Assembly (NCBI GenBank): GCA_963769885.1
Contig: CAVYNH010000004.1
Location: 288,001-352,000, forward strand
Reading direction: 5' to 3'
Source: Methanobacteriota archaeon
Lineage (GTDB): Archaea; Thermoplasmatota; E2; DHVEG-1
Length of the DNA: 64,000 nucleotides
The notes under the pieces are model-generated. The model saw only the letters and a program-made list of their open reading frames with translations. It did no database searches and was not told the DNA's origin. A program made the position numbers and the translations under genes. Shown here one piece after another: positions 37,187 through 48,054 of this stretch. The stretch's first letter is position 1, and each line of letters begins with the position of its first letter.

Positions 37187-39209
37187 ACCACGGACCATGC
37201 GACGGACCCTCATCATCGGTGCGAAACACAACCTAGAGAAAACCATCGAGATCCTCCATCGCCTCGACATGGCGCACATCATCGACTTCCCCCCAGAAGG
37301 CGAAGAAGGCCTGCAGCGCGGCTCCCCCATCGGGAAGGCCTCAGAGATGAGCCGCCAGCTCGTCACCCTACGGGCGAGCTCCCAGATGCTGGGCATCAAC
37401 CCCGAGGAACCTGCCCCCAGCGAATTGATGACTGACAGACAAGTCACCAGAAACCTTCACCAACAAATACAGGACATCGAATTGACTGTCTTCTCCCTGA
37501 CCGAGGAACGCAAGCGGCTCGATGAGCAGCTGCACGCTGTTTCGGATAACATCGAGCTATTGCAGCCGTTCACCACACTTGATCTCCCGTTGGAAGACTA
37601 CCGCGGCTATGATTCGGTCATCGTCTTTACCGGCGTTCTCCCAGATGCCGATCGGTTCACCAAGGAGCTTCATACGGTGACCGACGAGTTCGAGACCTTC
37701 ACAGCAAAAGAACCCAACGCGACCGCAGTCTTCGTCTCCAAGCCGCATGCGGATGAGGCGAAGAAACTCCTCATAGACCACGGGTTTCTTGATGTCGCCG
37801 TACCCGACGCCACGGGCCTCCCCAGCGAACTCGTGAAAACCTGGGAGACAAACAGAGCCCGCCTGCAGGAGACCCTAGAGCAGAAGGGAAAAGAACTCTC
37901 CGAGTGCCGTCAGCGGCACAAGGAGTTCATCCTCGCCAGCGAGGAGTACCTCAGCATCCAGGTCCAGAAGGCCGAGGCCCCAGTCCGCTTCGCCACCACC
38001 GAGCATTCCTTCATCATCGACTGCTGGATCCCCGAAAACATCGCAAAAGATGTGAAAGACGTCCTGGACAAAGAGCTGCAGGGCAGCCTGGACATCGAGG
38101 AGTACCCCGTGACAAAAGCGGAGGAGCCGCCGACGCTGCTGGACAACCCCAAACCAGTGCGGCGCTTCGAGTTCCTCCTCAACATGTACTCCGTCCCGGA
38201 CTACCACGACATCGACCCCACCTTCATCCTCTCCCTCATCTTCCCCCTGTTCTTCGGCCTGATGGTCGGCGACATCGGCTACGGCATCTCCCTCATCATC
38301 GTCGGCGCCCTCTTCATGAAATTCTTCAAGAACAGCGAAGGCCTCGCCAACATCGGCTTCTACATCATCATCGCCGGCATCTTCGCCTCCATCTTCGGCC
38401 TGTTCCTCTTCGGCGACCTGTTCGGCCTATCATTCGCCCCCATCCCAGGCGAAGCCTACAGCTGGTCAGGCCTCCTCGGCATCTCCATCCCAATCCACGC
38501 CCCGATCCACAAGATGGAGGCGCTCGGGCTCGGACAACTCCTCGTCCTCTCCATCATCGCCGGGTTCCTCCACCTCGGCCTCGGCCTCATCCTCGGCTTC
38601 GTCAGCGAACGCAAACACAACAAACGACACTCCTACGCCAAAATCGGCCTCATCCTCGTCCTCACCGCCCTCGCGCTCCTCATCTTCGTCATGGCGGACT
38701 GGACTATCGGACAGTGGCTCAAGCCGCTGCATAACACCCCCCTCGCCCCGGTCCTCTGGGGCACCCTCATCCCTGCCGTCAAAGCGGGCGTCGCCATTGG
38801 CAGCCTGACCATCCCCTACGTCACCATGGCCCTGGGCCTCACCGGCCTCGTCATCATCCTGATCGCCGTCGGCGGCTTCGGCCTCATCGAAATCCTCGAA
38901 GTCACCAGCCACCTCATCTCCTACACCCGTCTTGCGGCCATCTGCGTCGCCAAAGGCGCCATGGCGTTCGCCTTCAACCTCATCGGCCTCGGCCTCATCC
39001 TCAGCGGCAACATCGCCATCGGCATCATCGGCGTCATCGTCATCATCCTCCTACAACTCATCGTCTTCACGCTCGGAAGCCTCAGCTCAGGCATCCAGGC
39101 CGTCCGTCTCCACTACGTGGAGTTCTTCATGAAATTCTTCAAAGGAGACGGCACACCCTTCACCCCATTTGGCTATAAACGAAAATACACCACAAAACCA
39201 ACAGACTAA
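37179..39209 (+). CDS. atpI: A1AO ATP synthase subunit I (a)
   Basis: PTLLDNP, GDIGYG, SYTRL, RLHYVEFF motifs. Confidence 0.95.
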   Translation: MLRPRTMRRTLIIGAKHNLEKTIEILHRLDMAHIIDFPPEGEEGLQRGSPIGKASEMSRQLVTLRASSQMLGINPEEPAPSELMTDRQVTRNLHQQIQDIELTVFSLTEERKRLDEQLHAVSDNIELLQPFTTLDLPLEDYRGYDSVIVFTGVLPDADRFTKELHTVTDEFETFTAKEPNATAVFVSKPHADEAKKLLIDHGFLDVAVPDATGLPSELVKTWETNRARLQETLEQKGKELSECRQRHKEFILASEEYLSIQVQKAEAPVRFATTEHSFIIDCWIPENIAKDVKDVLDKELQGSLDIEEYPVTKAEEPPTLLDNPKPVRRFEFLLNMYSVPDYHDIDPTFILSLIFPLFFGLMVGDIGYGISLIIVGALFMKFFKNSEGLANIGFYIIIAGIFASIFGLFLFGDLFGLSFAPIPGEAYSWSGLLGISIPIHAPIHKMEALGLGQLLVLSIIAGFLHLGLGLILGFVSERKHNKRHSYAKIGLILVLTALALLIFVMADWTIGQWLKPLHNTPLAPVLWGTLIPAVKAGVAIGSLTIPYVTMALGLTGLVIILIAVGGFGLIEILEVTSHLISYTRLAAICVAKGAMAFAFNLIGLGLILSGNIAIGIIGVIVIILLQLIVFTLGSLSSGIQAVRLHYVEFFMKFFKGDGTPFTPFGYKRKYTTKPTD

Positions 39210-39224
39210 GGAGGTAAAACAAAA

Positions 39225-39446
39225 ATGGTAGCAGACACCGGACTCATCGCACTAGGCGCAGGCATCGCGATCGGCGCAGCAGCCATCGCCACCGCCATGG
39301 CCCAAAAAGCCATCGGAGCGGCCGCAGTCGGCGCTGCCGCAGAGAACGACAAAATGTTCGGACGAGGACTCGTCTACATGGTACTCCCCGAAACCATCGT
39401 CCTCTTCGGACTCGTCATCGCCTTCCTGCTGATCCAAAAAATCTAA
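39225..39446 (+). CDS. atpK: A1AO ATP synthase subunit K (c), single hairpin
   Basis: Two TM helices, LPET carboxylate motif. Confidence 0.95.
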   Translation: MVADTGLIALGAGIAIGAAAIATAMAQKAIGAAAVGAAAENDKMFGRGLVYMVLPETIVLFGLVIAFLLIQKI

Positions 39447-39513
39447 ACCACACAAGAAACCCGACAGGAACAACACACATGCGACCAACCATCCTATCGC
39501 ACGGCAGGTGCCC

Positions 39514-40065
39514 ATGGGCCTAGACACCGTCATCACCCGCGTCCAAAACGAAGGCGACCAGGCCATCAAAGCCATCCTCGCCGACGCAGAAAAACAGGCG
39601 AACGAAACGCTCGCCAAGGCAGCGCACGCAGCCGACGAGCTCCTCGCCGCCAGACGCGCCGAGACCGACAAAGCCATCAAAGCCCTCAGAATCCAAGAGG
39701 AAAACAGCCTAGAGATCGAGACTAAAAAGATCAGACTCAACGCCGAAAAGGAGATCCTTCAGGCCGCCTACCGCCACTGCCTCACCGCCCTCCAAGAACA
39801 AGCCACAGAAAAAATCCTCGCCGCCCTCCTCGCCACAGCCGCCAAAGAACTCCCGGACGCCGCCTACATCTCCAGCAACGCCCACGACGCCCCCACCGTG
39901 CGAAACCTCACGAAACTCACCTACGCCGGCACGATCCCCGCACTGGGCGGCATCGTCGTCGAAAACAAGGACCGCACCCTCAAACTCGACCTCCGCTACG
40001 AGACCATCGCCGCCAGCCTCTGGGACTGCCATCTCAAGGAAATCGCAGACCTCCTCCTGAGGTAA
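39514..40065 (+). CDS. atpE: A1AO ATP synthase subunit E
   Basis: MGLDTV start, LGGIVVE motif, operon position. Confidence 0.9.
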   Translation: MGLDTVITRVQNEGDQAIKAILADAEKQANETLAKAAHAADELLAARRAETDKAIKALRIQEENSLEIETKKIRLNAEKEILQAAYRHCLTALQEQATEKILAALLATAAKELPDAAYISSNAHDAPTVRNLTKLTYAGTIPALGGIVVENKDRTLKLDLRYETIAASLWDCHLKEIADLLLR

Positions 40066-40074
40066 CCATAGACT

Positions 40075-41166
40075 ATGCCAACCGCCACCCTCGAAGAACC
40101 CAGCCTCTACAACCACCTCCGCCGGCTCCTCCCCTCCACCGGCAACTACCCCTACGTCACCGCCAGAGTCCGCGCCAAACGCGCCCTCCTCCTCGCCCGT
40201 GACACCTACGAAAAACTCCTCGTCATGGACCTCAATGAAATCACCCGCTTCCTCAGCGAAAGCACCTACAAAAAAGAAATCACGGAACTCGGCCTCCTCT
40301 ACACCGGCTACGAACTCACCGAACACGCCCTCAACAAAAACCGCGATGACACCTACCAACAAATCCTCCACTTCAGCGACGGCGACCTCCACGACATGCT
40401 CGCCGCCTACCTCGAACGCGAAGACACACAAAACATCAAAACCATCCTACGCGGCATCCAACACCACGTCCCCCACGACGAAATCCTCTCTGCCCTGCGC
40501 GCCGGCGGCACCTACCCCCCCGACTACTGGAAACCGCTCCTCGACGAAAGTAAAACCATCGACGACGCCATCACCCACCTCAAAGACACCCCCTACCACG
40601 ACACCCTCCACGCCATCCAGCCCTTCGACCTCGCCACCGCCGAAAACCACCTCGAACAGCACTACTACACCCACCTCCTCCACACCATCCCGCCAAATAA
40701 CGAACCCAACCGCCTTTTCCACCACTACATCCAAACCGAAATCGACCTCGTCAACCTCAAAACCCTCCTCATGACCAAATACGAAAACGTCGAACCAGAC
40801 AGAATCCACGACATGATCATCCCCGACGGCACCATCCCAGACAAGACCATGTACCGACTCATCACCACCCCCGACTTCACCCACTTCCTCGCCGAACTCC
40901 AACACCTTCCCGTCTACAACCACATCCGCCCCGAAGCAGAAACCATCGCCACCACCGGCTCCCTCGCCCCCACCATCAGAGCCCTCGAAAAACGCCACCT
41001 CCTCGACGCCACCAAACAAAGCTACCTCCACCCCCTCTCCATCCTCCCCGTCATCGATTACCTCACCCGCAAACGCATCGAAGTCCAAAACCTCCGGATC
41101 CTTACGAGAGGCAAAGAAAAACACCTCCCCGAACAAACCATCCGAAACCTCATGGTGATCCCATAA
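40075..41166 (+). CDS. atpC: A1AO ATP synthase subunit C
   Basis: YPYVTARVRA, EIDLVNL, EVQNLRI motifs. Confidence 0.92.
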   Translation: MPTATLEEPSLYNHLRRLLPSTGNYPYVTARVRAKRALLLARDTYEKLLVMDLNEITRFLSESTYKKEITELGLLYTGYELTEHALNKNRDDTYQQILHFSDGDLHDMLAAYLEREDTQNIKTILRGIQHHVPHDEILSALRAGGTYPPDYWKPLLDESKTIDDAITHLKDTPYHDTLHAIQPFDLATAENHLEQHYYTHLLHTIPPNNEPNRLFHHYIQTEIDLVNLKTLLMTKYENVEPDRIHDMIIPDGTIPDKTMYRLITTPDFTHFLAELQHLPVYNHIRPEAETIATTGSLAPTIRALEKRHLLDATKQSYLHPLSILPVIDYLTRKRIEVQNLRILTRGKEKHLPEQTIRNLMVIP

Positions 41167-41167
41167 C

Positions 41168-41467
41168 ATGGCAGGAATAACCGTCGTCGGCAGCCCCGAC
41201 TTCATCCTCGGCTTCCGCCTCGCCGGCATCCGCAACGTGTATTCGGAAAAAACCAACATCGAACCCCGCATCAACCAAATCCTCGCCGAAGGCCAAGCCA
41301 GCATCCTCATCCTCCACGACGAAGACTTCACCAAACTCCCCGCCGCCATGAAACGCAAACTACGCGACAGCCGCAAACCCATCGTCATCTCCGTCGGCAG
41401 CCACGAAGAAGACGACCTCCGCGCCAAAATCAAACGCGTCATCGGCATCGACCTCTACACCAAATAA
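41168..41467 (+). CDS. atpF: A1AO ATP synthase subunit F
   Basis: VVGSPDFILGFRLAGI ... IKRVIGIDL. Confidence 0.93.
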   Translation: MAGITVVGSPDFILGFRLAGIRNVYSEKTNIEPRINQILAEGQASILILHDEDFTKLPAAMKRKLRDSRKPIVISVGSHEEDDLRAKIKRVIGIDLYTK

Positions 41468-41515
41468 AAAAAACACACAGACTCAAAAAAAAACAGAAAA
41501 AAAGGTGCACCCACA

Positions 41516-43255
41516 ATGGCACAAGAAACAGGAACCATCTACCGCGTCGCCGGCCCCGTCGTCACCGCAGTCGGCATCAAACCCCGCATGTACGACGTCG
41601 TCTACGTCAGCGACCTCAACCTCATGGGCGAAGTCATCCTCATCAGCGGCAACAAATCCGTCATCCAAGTCTACGAAGACACCAGCGGCATCCGCCCCGG
41701 AGAACCCGTCCACGCCACCGGATCACCACTCCTGGCTGAACTCGGTCCAGGCCTCATCACCGGCATCTTCGACGGCATCCAACGCCCCCTCGTCGTCCTC
41801 CAGAAAAAAGCAGGCGACTTCATCACCCGCGGCATCAGCGAACCAGGCCTCGACCGCACCAAACAATGGCAGTTCATCCCCACCGCCAAAAAAGGAGACA
41901 GCGTCGAAGGCGGCACCATCCTCGGAACAAGCCAAGAAACCAAAGACGTCCAACACCGCATCCTCGTCCCCCCTAACATCACCGGCACCATCGAAGACCT
42001 CCACGAAGGCAAATACACCGTCGAAGAACCCTTCTGCAAACTCACCGGAGGCACAACCCTCACGATGCTGCAGCGCTGGCCTGTCCGTACCCCCCGGCCC
42101 TACCGCCAAAAACTCATGCCCGACATCCCCCTCATTACCGGACAGCGCATCTTCGACACCTTCTTCCCCATCGCCAAAGGCGGCACCGCCTGCATCCCCG
42201 GCGGCTTCGGCACCGGCAAAACCGTCATGCAACACCAGCTCGCCAAATGGAGCGACGCCGACATCGTCGTCTACATCGGCTGCGGCGAACGCGGCAATGA
42301 AATGACTGAAGTCCTCACCGACTTCCCCGAACTCAAAAACCCCCGCACCGGACAACCCCTCATGGACCGCACCATCCTCATCGCCAACACCAGCAACATG
42401 CCCGTCGCCGCCCGAGAAGCCAGCATCTACACCGGCATCACCCTCGCCGAATACTACCGCGACCAAGGCTACGGCATCGCCCTCATGGCAGACAGCACCA
42501 GCCGCTGGGCCGAGGCCCTGCGAGAAATCAGCAGCCGCCTCGAAGAGATGCCCGGCGAGGAAGGCTACCCCGCCTACCTCCCCAGCCGCCTCGCCGCTTT
42601 CTACGAACGCTCCGGCCGCGTCACCACCATGAACAACAAAGAAGGCAGCATCACCGTCGTCGGCGCCGTCAGCCCACCCAGCGCAGACTTCTCCGAACCC
42701 GTCACCCAAGACACCCTCAGAATCACCAAAGTCTTCTGGGCGCTCGACACCAACCTCGCCCACCGCCGCCACTTCCCAGCCATCAACTGGCTCGTCTCCT
42801 ACAGCTTCTACCTTAACACCCTGGAGAAATGGTTCGACGACCACATGTCACCAGAATGGAACCTAAACCGCGCCAAAGCCATGGAGATCCTCCAAGAAGA
42901 AGCCTCCCTCCAAGAGATCGTGCAGCTCATCGGCTCAGACGCCCTCCCTGAAAACCAACAGCTCACCCTCGAGATCGCCAGAGCCATCCGCGAAGTCTTC
43001 CTCCAACAGCACGCCGGCCACGACATTGACTCCTTCTGCCCCATCGCCAAACAATACAAGATGCTCAAAGCAATCCTCGATTACGGGAAGCTGGCCAGCG
43101 ACGCCCTCGAAGCCGGCATCCCCATCAGCGACATTTTGAAGATGAAATCACGCGATCTCCTCGCCAACTCCAAATATGAGACCAACTTCGACGAATACCT
43201 CGAGAAAGCCCTGGCTGCGATGCGCAAGGAATTCCAGACAGCGGAGGCGGTCTAA
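41516..43255 (+). CDS. atpA: A1AO ATP synthase subunit A
   Basis: P-loop [29 protein letters not shown]; no intein. Confidence 0.98.
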   Translation: MAQETGTIYRVAGPVVTAVGIKPRMYDVVYVSDLNLMGEVILISGNKSVIQVYEDTSGIRPGEPVHATGSPLLAELGPGLITGIFDGIQRPLVVLQKKAGDFITRGISEPGLDRTKQWQFIPTAKKGDSVEGGTILGTSQETKDVQHRILVPPNITGTIEDLHEGKYTVEEPFCKLTGGTTLTMLQRWPVRTPRPYRQKLMPDIPLITGQRIFDTFFPIAKGGTACIPGGFGTGKTVMQHQLAKWSDADIVVYIGCGERGNEMTEVLTDFPELKNPRTGQPLMDRTILIANTSNMPVAAREASIYTGITLAEYYRDQGYGIALMADSTSRWAEALREISSRLEEMPGEEGYPAYLPSRLAAFYERSGRVTTMNNKEGSITVVGAVSPPSADFSEPVTQDTLRITKVFWALDTNLAHRRHFPAINWLVSYSFYLNTLEKWFDDHMSPEWNLNRAKAMEILQEEASLQEIVQLIGSDALPENQQLTLEIARAIREVFLQQHAGHDIDSFCPIAKQYKMLKAILDYGKLASDALEAGIPISDILKMKSRDLLANSKYETNFDEYLEKALAAMRKEFQTAEAV

Positions 43256-43257
43256 CC

Positions 43258-44640
43258 ATGGTCAAGGAATACCACACCATCACCCAGATCGCCGGCCCCC
43301 TCATCTTCGTCGAAAAAACCGAGCCGGTCGGCTACAGCGAAGTCGTCCGCATCCAGCTCCCAGACGGCAGCATCCGCCGCGGTCAAGTCCTCGACACCAG
43401 CGGCGACATCATCGTCGTCCAAGTCTTCGAAGGCACCGCCGGCATCGATAAAGCCTCAGGCGTCACCTTCCTTGGGGAAACCATCAAGCTCTCCGTCTCA
43501 CCCGACATCCTCGGCCGCATCTTCGACGGCTCCGGCAACCCCATCGACGGCGGCCCCCGAATCATCCCCGACGAGCGCATGGACACCACCGGCTCCGCGA
43601 TCAACCCTTGGGCCCGCGCCAGCCCCCGCGAGTTCATCCAAACCGGAATCTCCACCATCGACGGCCTCCTGACCCTCGTACGCGGCCAGAAACTCCCCCT
43701 GTTTTCAGGGCCAGGGCTGCCGCACAACGAGATCGCCCTGCAGATCACCCGACAAGCCCGAGTCCTCGGAAAAGAAGAGGAGTTCGCCGTCGTCTTCGGC
43801 GCCATGGGCATCACCAACGAAGAAGCCCAATATTTCATCAAAGACTTCGAACGAACCGGGGCGCTGAAGCGCGCGATCGTGTTCCTGAACCTGGCCAATG
43901 ACCCTGCCGTCGAACGGATCATCACCCCGAGGCTGGCGTTGACCGCTGCCGAATACCTCGCCCTGCGTCAGGACATGCAGGTCCTCGTCATTCTGACCGA
44001 CATGGTGAACTATGCAGAGTCGCTGCGTGAGATCGGTGCGGCCCGCAAAGAAGTCCCCGGCAGGAAAGGCTATCCCGGGTACATGTACACGGACCTGGCA
44101 AGCATCTACGAACGCGCGGTTCGTATCAAGGGCAAGAAAGGCTCAATCACCCAAATCCCGATTCTCTCCATCCCAGATGACGACTGGACGAACCCGGTCG
44201 CAGACCTCACCGGCTATATCACGGAAGGCCAGATCGCGGTGTCCCGTGAGCTGTACCGCAAGGGTATCTACCCGCCGATCAACCCATTGCCCTCTTTGTC
44301 TCGGTTGATGCGCCTCGGGATCGGCCCGGGGATGACTCGGGAAGACCATCGCGACGTCGAGCAGGGCTTATATGCGACCTACGCAAAAGGCCGGGATGTC
44401 CGAGACCTCATCGCGATCATTGGCAAGGAGGCGCTCTCTGAGAACGACAAGAAGTTCCTGGCGTTCACGGATGCCTTCGAGCAGCGGTTCATCCGACAGG
44501 GGAAGAACGAAGACCGCTCCATTGAGGAGACATTAAACCTGGGCTGGGAGCTGCTCAATATGGTGCCGGAGAGCACCCTGACCATGGTCGACCATAAGAT
44601 CCTTGAGCAGTATTACCCGGAGCATCGGAAGAAGAAATAA
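43258..44640 (+). CDS. atpB: A1AO ATP synthase subunit B
   Basis: [27 protein letters not shown] motifs. Confidence 0.98.
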   Translation: MVKEYHTITQIAGPLIFVEKTEPVGYSEVVRIQLPDGSIRRGQVLDTSGDIIVVQVFEGTAGIDKASGVTFLGETIKLSVSPDILGRIFDGSGNPIDGGPRIIPDERMDTTGSAINPWARASPREFIQTGISTIDGLLTLVRGQKLPLFSGPGLPHNEIALQITRQARVLGKEEEFAVVFGAMGITNEEAQYFIKDFERTGALKRAIVFLNLANDPAVERIITPRLALTAAEYLALRQDMQVLVILTDMVNYAESLREIGAARKEVPGRKGYPGYMYTDLASIYERAVRIKGKKGSITQIPILSIPDDDWTNPVADLTGYITEGQIAVSRELYRKGIYPPINPLPSLSRLMRLGIGPGMTREDHRDVEQGLYATYAKGRDVRDLIAIIGKEALSENDKKFLAFTDAFEQRFIRQGKNEDRSIEETLNLGWELLNMVPESTLTMVDHKILEQYYPEHRKKK

Positions 44641-45269
44641 TGGTGATACAAGAAATCAAGCCGACACGCAGCGAGCTGCTCGCGATCCAGCGGAGGATCT
44701 CCCTCTACGAGCGAGGCCATAAGCTGCTGAAGATGAAACGGGACGGCCTGGTCATGGAGTTCTTCTCCGTGCTCGCCAAGGTCAAGGACGTCCGCTCGAA
44801 GATCATCGAAGATTACAAAAAGGCCGAGGAGCGGCTGGCGATTGCGACGAGCGTCGACGGCCGGAATGCGGTGCAGTCCGCCGCCTTCGCCATCCGTGAC
44901 GATCCGCACATCAAGATCGGCAGCAAGAACGTCATGGGCGTTGTCGTCCCGACAAGGTTGGAAGGCGGGACGGTGAAGCGCCGTATCGACCAGCGTGGGT
45001 ACGGGGTCACCGGCATCAGCGTCCGCATCGACGAGGCCTCGGATGCCTTCGAGCAGCTCGTCGAGGATATCATCCTGGCCGCGGAGTTTGAGACGACGCT
45101 GCGCCGGCTCATCGACGAGATTGAGAAGAACAAACGGATTGTCAACGCCTTGGAGTTCCGGATCATCCCTGAGTTGAAAAGACAGGTGTCGTTCATCCGG
45201 GCGCGTCTTGAGGAGATGGAGCGGGAGAACATCTTCCGGCTGATTAGGATTAAGGGCAGCCAGGTGTGA
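44640..45269 (+). CDS. atpD: A1AO ATP synthase subunit D
   Basis: PTRSEL, GHKLLKMKRD, RIVNALE motifs. Confidence 0.95.
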   Translation: MVIQEIKPTRSELLAIQRRISLYERGHKLLKMKRDGLVMEFFSVLAKVKDVRSKIIEDYKKAEERLAIATSVDGRNAVQSAAFAIRDDPHIKIGSKNVMGVVVPTRLEGGTVKRRIDQRGYGVTGISVRIDEASDAFEQLVEDIILAAEFETTLRRLIDEIEKNKRIVNALEFRIIPELKRQVSFIRARLEEMERENIFRLIRIKGSQV

Positions 45270-45276
45270 CGGGCGG

Positions 45277-45408
45277 ATGCGGAAGCGTTTCGAGGAGGCC
45301 TGGCGGGATCCGGAGAGGAAGGCGAAGCTGCTGTTCTGGATCTGGATCCTCTCCCTAGTCATGACCGTAGTCGGCTACGCGATCATCTTTTTCACTTTGC
45401 TCCAGTAA
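45277..45408 (+). CDS. 43-aa single-TM protein after atpD
   Basis: MRKRFEEAWRDPERKAKLLFWIWILSLVMTVVGYAIIFFTLLQ; starts 7 bp after the atpD stop. Confidence 0.7.
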   Translation: MRKRFEEAWRDPERKAKLLFWIWILSLVMTVVGYAIIFFTLLQ

Positions 45409-45454
45409 AAAGGGAAGAAGAAAGAGTGAAGGGCCTGTGGCCCTATCTCGTTTT

Positions 45455-47953
45455 TTAGGCTTGTTGTCCGGACATAATCCGCATGCCGTAGAAGCTGCGG
45501 TAGACGAAGGTCATGCTGACGGCCAGGAACACGGCGAAGAGGACGTAGTTGAGGTTCGGATACTGGTTGGAGAGGCTCACGGCAAGCGAGACGGCCAGGA
45601 GCCCGAACAGGGTGGTGAACTTGATGATCGGGTTCATGGCGACCGATGAGGTGTCCTTGAAGGGGTCGCCGACCGTGTCGCCGATGACGGTCGCCGCGTG
45701 CAGGTCCGTGCCTTTCTCCTTGAGGTCGACCTCGACGATCTTCTTGGCGTTGTCCCAGGCGCCACCCGCGTTTGCCATGAAGATGGCCTGGAAGAGTCCG
45801 AAAACGGCGATGCTGATCAGGTAGCCTATAAAGAAGAATGGCTCGAAGAAGGCGAAGGCGAGGGTGGCGAAGAAGACGGCGATGAAGATGTTGAACATCC
45901 CTTTCTGGGCGTACTTGGTGCAGATGGCAACGACTTTCTTGCTGTCCTCGACGGATGCTCTTTCCACGCCTTCGAGCTTGATGTTCTTTTTAATGAACTC
46001 GACGGCCCGGTAAGCACCGGTGCCCACAGCCTGGGTCGATGCACCCGTGAACCAGTAAATCATGGCGCCACCGGTGATGAGGCCGAGGAAGAACGGAGGG
46101 TGCAGGAGGCTGAGGTTCGCAATGTTCGTCTGCAGGCCGTTCGTCAGCAGGACGATGATGGAGAAAATCATGGTAGTAGCCCCGACGACTGCAGTACCGA
46201 TAAGGACGGGTTTGGCAGAGGCCTTGAAGGTGTTACCAGCGCCATCTCCTTCTTCGAGGAGGAGTTTGCCGTGCTCGAAATCTGGCTCGAAGCCGTAATC
46301 GCGTTTGATCTCTTCTTTGATGCCTGGCTGCTGCTCAATCAGTGAGAGTTCGTAGATGGATTGGGCGTTATCCGCCACCGGTCCGTAGCTGTCAACCGCG
46401 ATGGTGACAGGGCCCATGCCGAGGAACCCGAAGGCGACGAGCCCGAAGGCAAAGACCGCGTAGATTAAGGGATTGATTGAGAGAGCGGCCAACCCACCTA
46501 CATTTTCACCAAGAGCGTTAACATGAGCACCGTAGGTGCTGACCCCGAATGCGATGCCCATGAGTAGGACGATGGTTAACCCAAGCCAGTAGGCGCTGAA
46601 GTTGCCGTCGACGAATCCGGAGAGGATGCCAAGAGACGGTCCGCTTTTGTCGCTAGTGACGATTTCTTTGACGTGACGGGATTTGGTGGAGGTGAAGACT
46701 TTGACGAACTCGGGGATGATAGCACCGGCCATGGTGCCGCAGGAGATCACGATGCTGAGTTTCCACCAGAGGGTTGGGTCGGAGAGGTTGCCGAGGAGGA
46801 AGTAGGAGGCGATGAAGGTGAAGGCGACAGAGACGAAGCTGGTGAGCCAGACGAGGGTGGTGAGAGGGGATTCGAAGTTCATGGTCTTGGCGTTGCGGTA
46901 GCGGGCGAGGGTGAGGGCGTCGTTGATGAGGTAGGAGAACATGCTGGAGAAAATCATGAGGATGCGCATCAGGAAGATCCAGACGAGGAGGAGGATCTTG
47001 ATGGCGGGATCCGCGACCGCGACGATGATGAAGGTGATGAGGGCGACGCCGGTGACGCCGTAGGTCTCGAAGCCGTCCGCGGTGGGGCCGACCGAGTCTC
47101 CTGCGTTGTCGCCGGTGCAGTCTGCGATGACGCCGGGGTTGCGGGCGTCGTCTTCTTTGATTTTGAAGACGATCTTCATGAGGTCGGAGCCGATGTCTGC
47201 GATTTTGGTGAAGATGCCGCCGGCGATTCTGAGGGCGGCGGCGCCGAGGGATTCGCCGATGGCGAAGCCGACGAAGCAGGGGCCGGCGTAGTCGCCGGGG
47301 ATGAAGAGCAGGATCGCGAGCATCATGAAGAGTTCGACGCTGATGAGGAACATGCCGATGCTGATGCCTGCTTTGAGGGGGATGCGGTTGACTTGGACGG
47401 CTTTGCCGGTGAGGCTGGAGAAGGCGCTGCGGCTGTTGGCGAGGGTGTTGAGTCGGATGCCGAACCAGGCGACGCTGTAGCTGCCTGCGATGCCGATGAG
47501 GCTGAAGATGAGGATGATGGCGATTTGGAAGGGGGCGTAGTTGGAGATGCCGAAGTAGATGACGATGACGATGCCGATGAAGAGTTCGAGGAGGAGGAGG
47601 AATTTGCCTTGGGTGATGAGGTAGGTTTTGCAGGTTTCGTAGATGAGTTCGGAGATGTCGCGCATGGATTTGTGGACGGGGAGGCGTTTGAGGGTGAGGT
47701 AGTTGTAGAGTCCGAAGGCGAGTCCGATGAGGCAGGCGACGAGGCCGATCATGAGGAGGGCTCTGGCGTTGATGCCGAAGTAGGTTTGGGTGCCCAGGTC
47801 AGGGAGTTTGAGGCTGGCTTCGCCGCTGGGTTCGGCGGCGAGGATGCTGGGGGCGGTTGTGAGGAAGAGGATGCTGAGTAGGAGCCCGATGGCGAGGAGT
47901 CGGTGGACTTGGTGTCTGTTTTTCTGTGGGGATCTTCTCATGGTGTGGACCAT
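45455..47953 (-). CDS. hppA: Membrane-bound H+-translocating pyrophosphatase, long divergent type
   Basis: KIADIGSDLMK, EDDARNPGVIADCTGDNAGD, DSYGPVADNA, GNTFK, GGAWDNAKK, GDTVGDPFKD. Confidence 0.95.
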   Translation of the reverse strand: MVHTMRRSPQKNRHQVHRLLAIGLLLSILFLTTAPSILAAEPSGEASLKLPDLGTQTYFGINARALLMIGLVACLIGLAFGLYNYLTLKRLPVHKSMRDISELIYETCKTYLITQGKFLLLLELFIGIVIVIYFGISNYAPFQIAIILIFSLIGIAGSYSVAWFGIRLNTLANSRSAFSSLTGKAVQVNRIPLKAGISIGMFLISVELFMMLAILLFIPGDYAGPCFVGFAIGESLGAAALRIAGGIFTKIADIGSDLMKIVFKIKEDDARNPGVIADCTGDNAGDSVGPTADGFETYGVTGVALITFIIVAVADPAIKILLLVWIFLMRILMIFSSMFSYLINDALTLARYRNAKTMNFESPLTTLVWLTSFVSVAFTFIASYFLLGNLSDPTLWWKLSIVISCGTMAGAIIPEFVKVFTSTKSRHVKEIVTSDKSGPSLGILSGFVDGNFSAYWLGLTIVLLMGIAFGVSTYGAHVNALGENVGGLAALSINPLIYAVFAFGLVAFGFLGMGPVTIAVDSYGPVADNAQSIYELSLIEQQPGIKEEIKRDYGFEPDFEHGKLLLEEGDGAGNTFKASAKPVLIGTAVVGATTMIFSIIVLLTNGLQTNIANLSLLHPPFFLGLITGGAMIYWFTGASTQAVGTGAYRAVEFIKKNIKLEGVERASVEDSKKVVAICTKYAQKGMFNIFIAVFFATLAFAFFEPFFFIGYLISIAVFGLFQAIFMANAGGAWDNAKKIVEVDLKEKGTDLHAATVIGDTVGDPFKDTSSVAMNPIIKFTTLFGLLAVSLAVSLSNQYPNLNYVLFAVFLAVSMTFVYRSFYGMRIMSGQQA

Positions 47954-48054
47954 CTCCTTTTTGTTTACCCTGAATCTGGTGTTTCTATTTAAAGGAACGT
48001 CTTGCGTGGGTTGTAGAATATTGTCTCCCAGGTATGAAGGATGGAAAATGGGGT

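Noticed and set aside
41516-44640. Inteins in atpA/atpB
   Set aside because: Lengths (579 and 460 aa) and motif spacing are canonical
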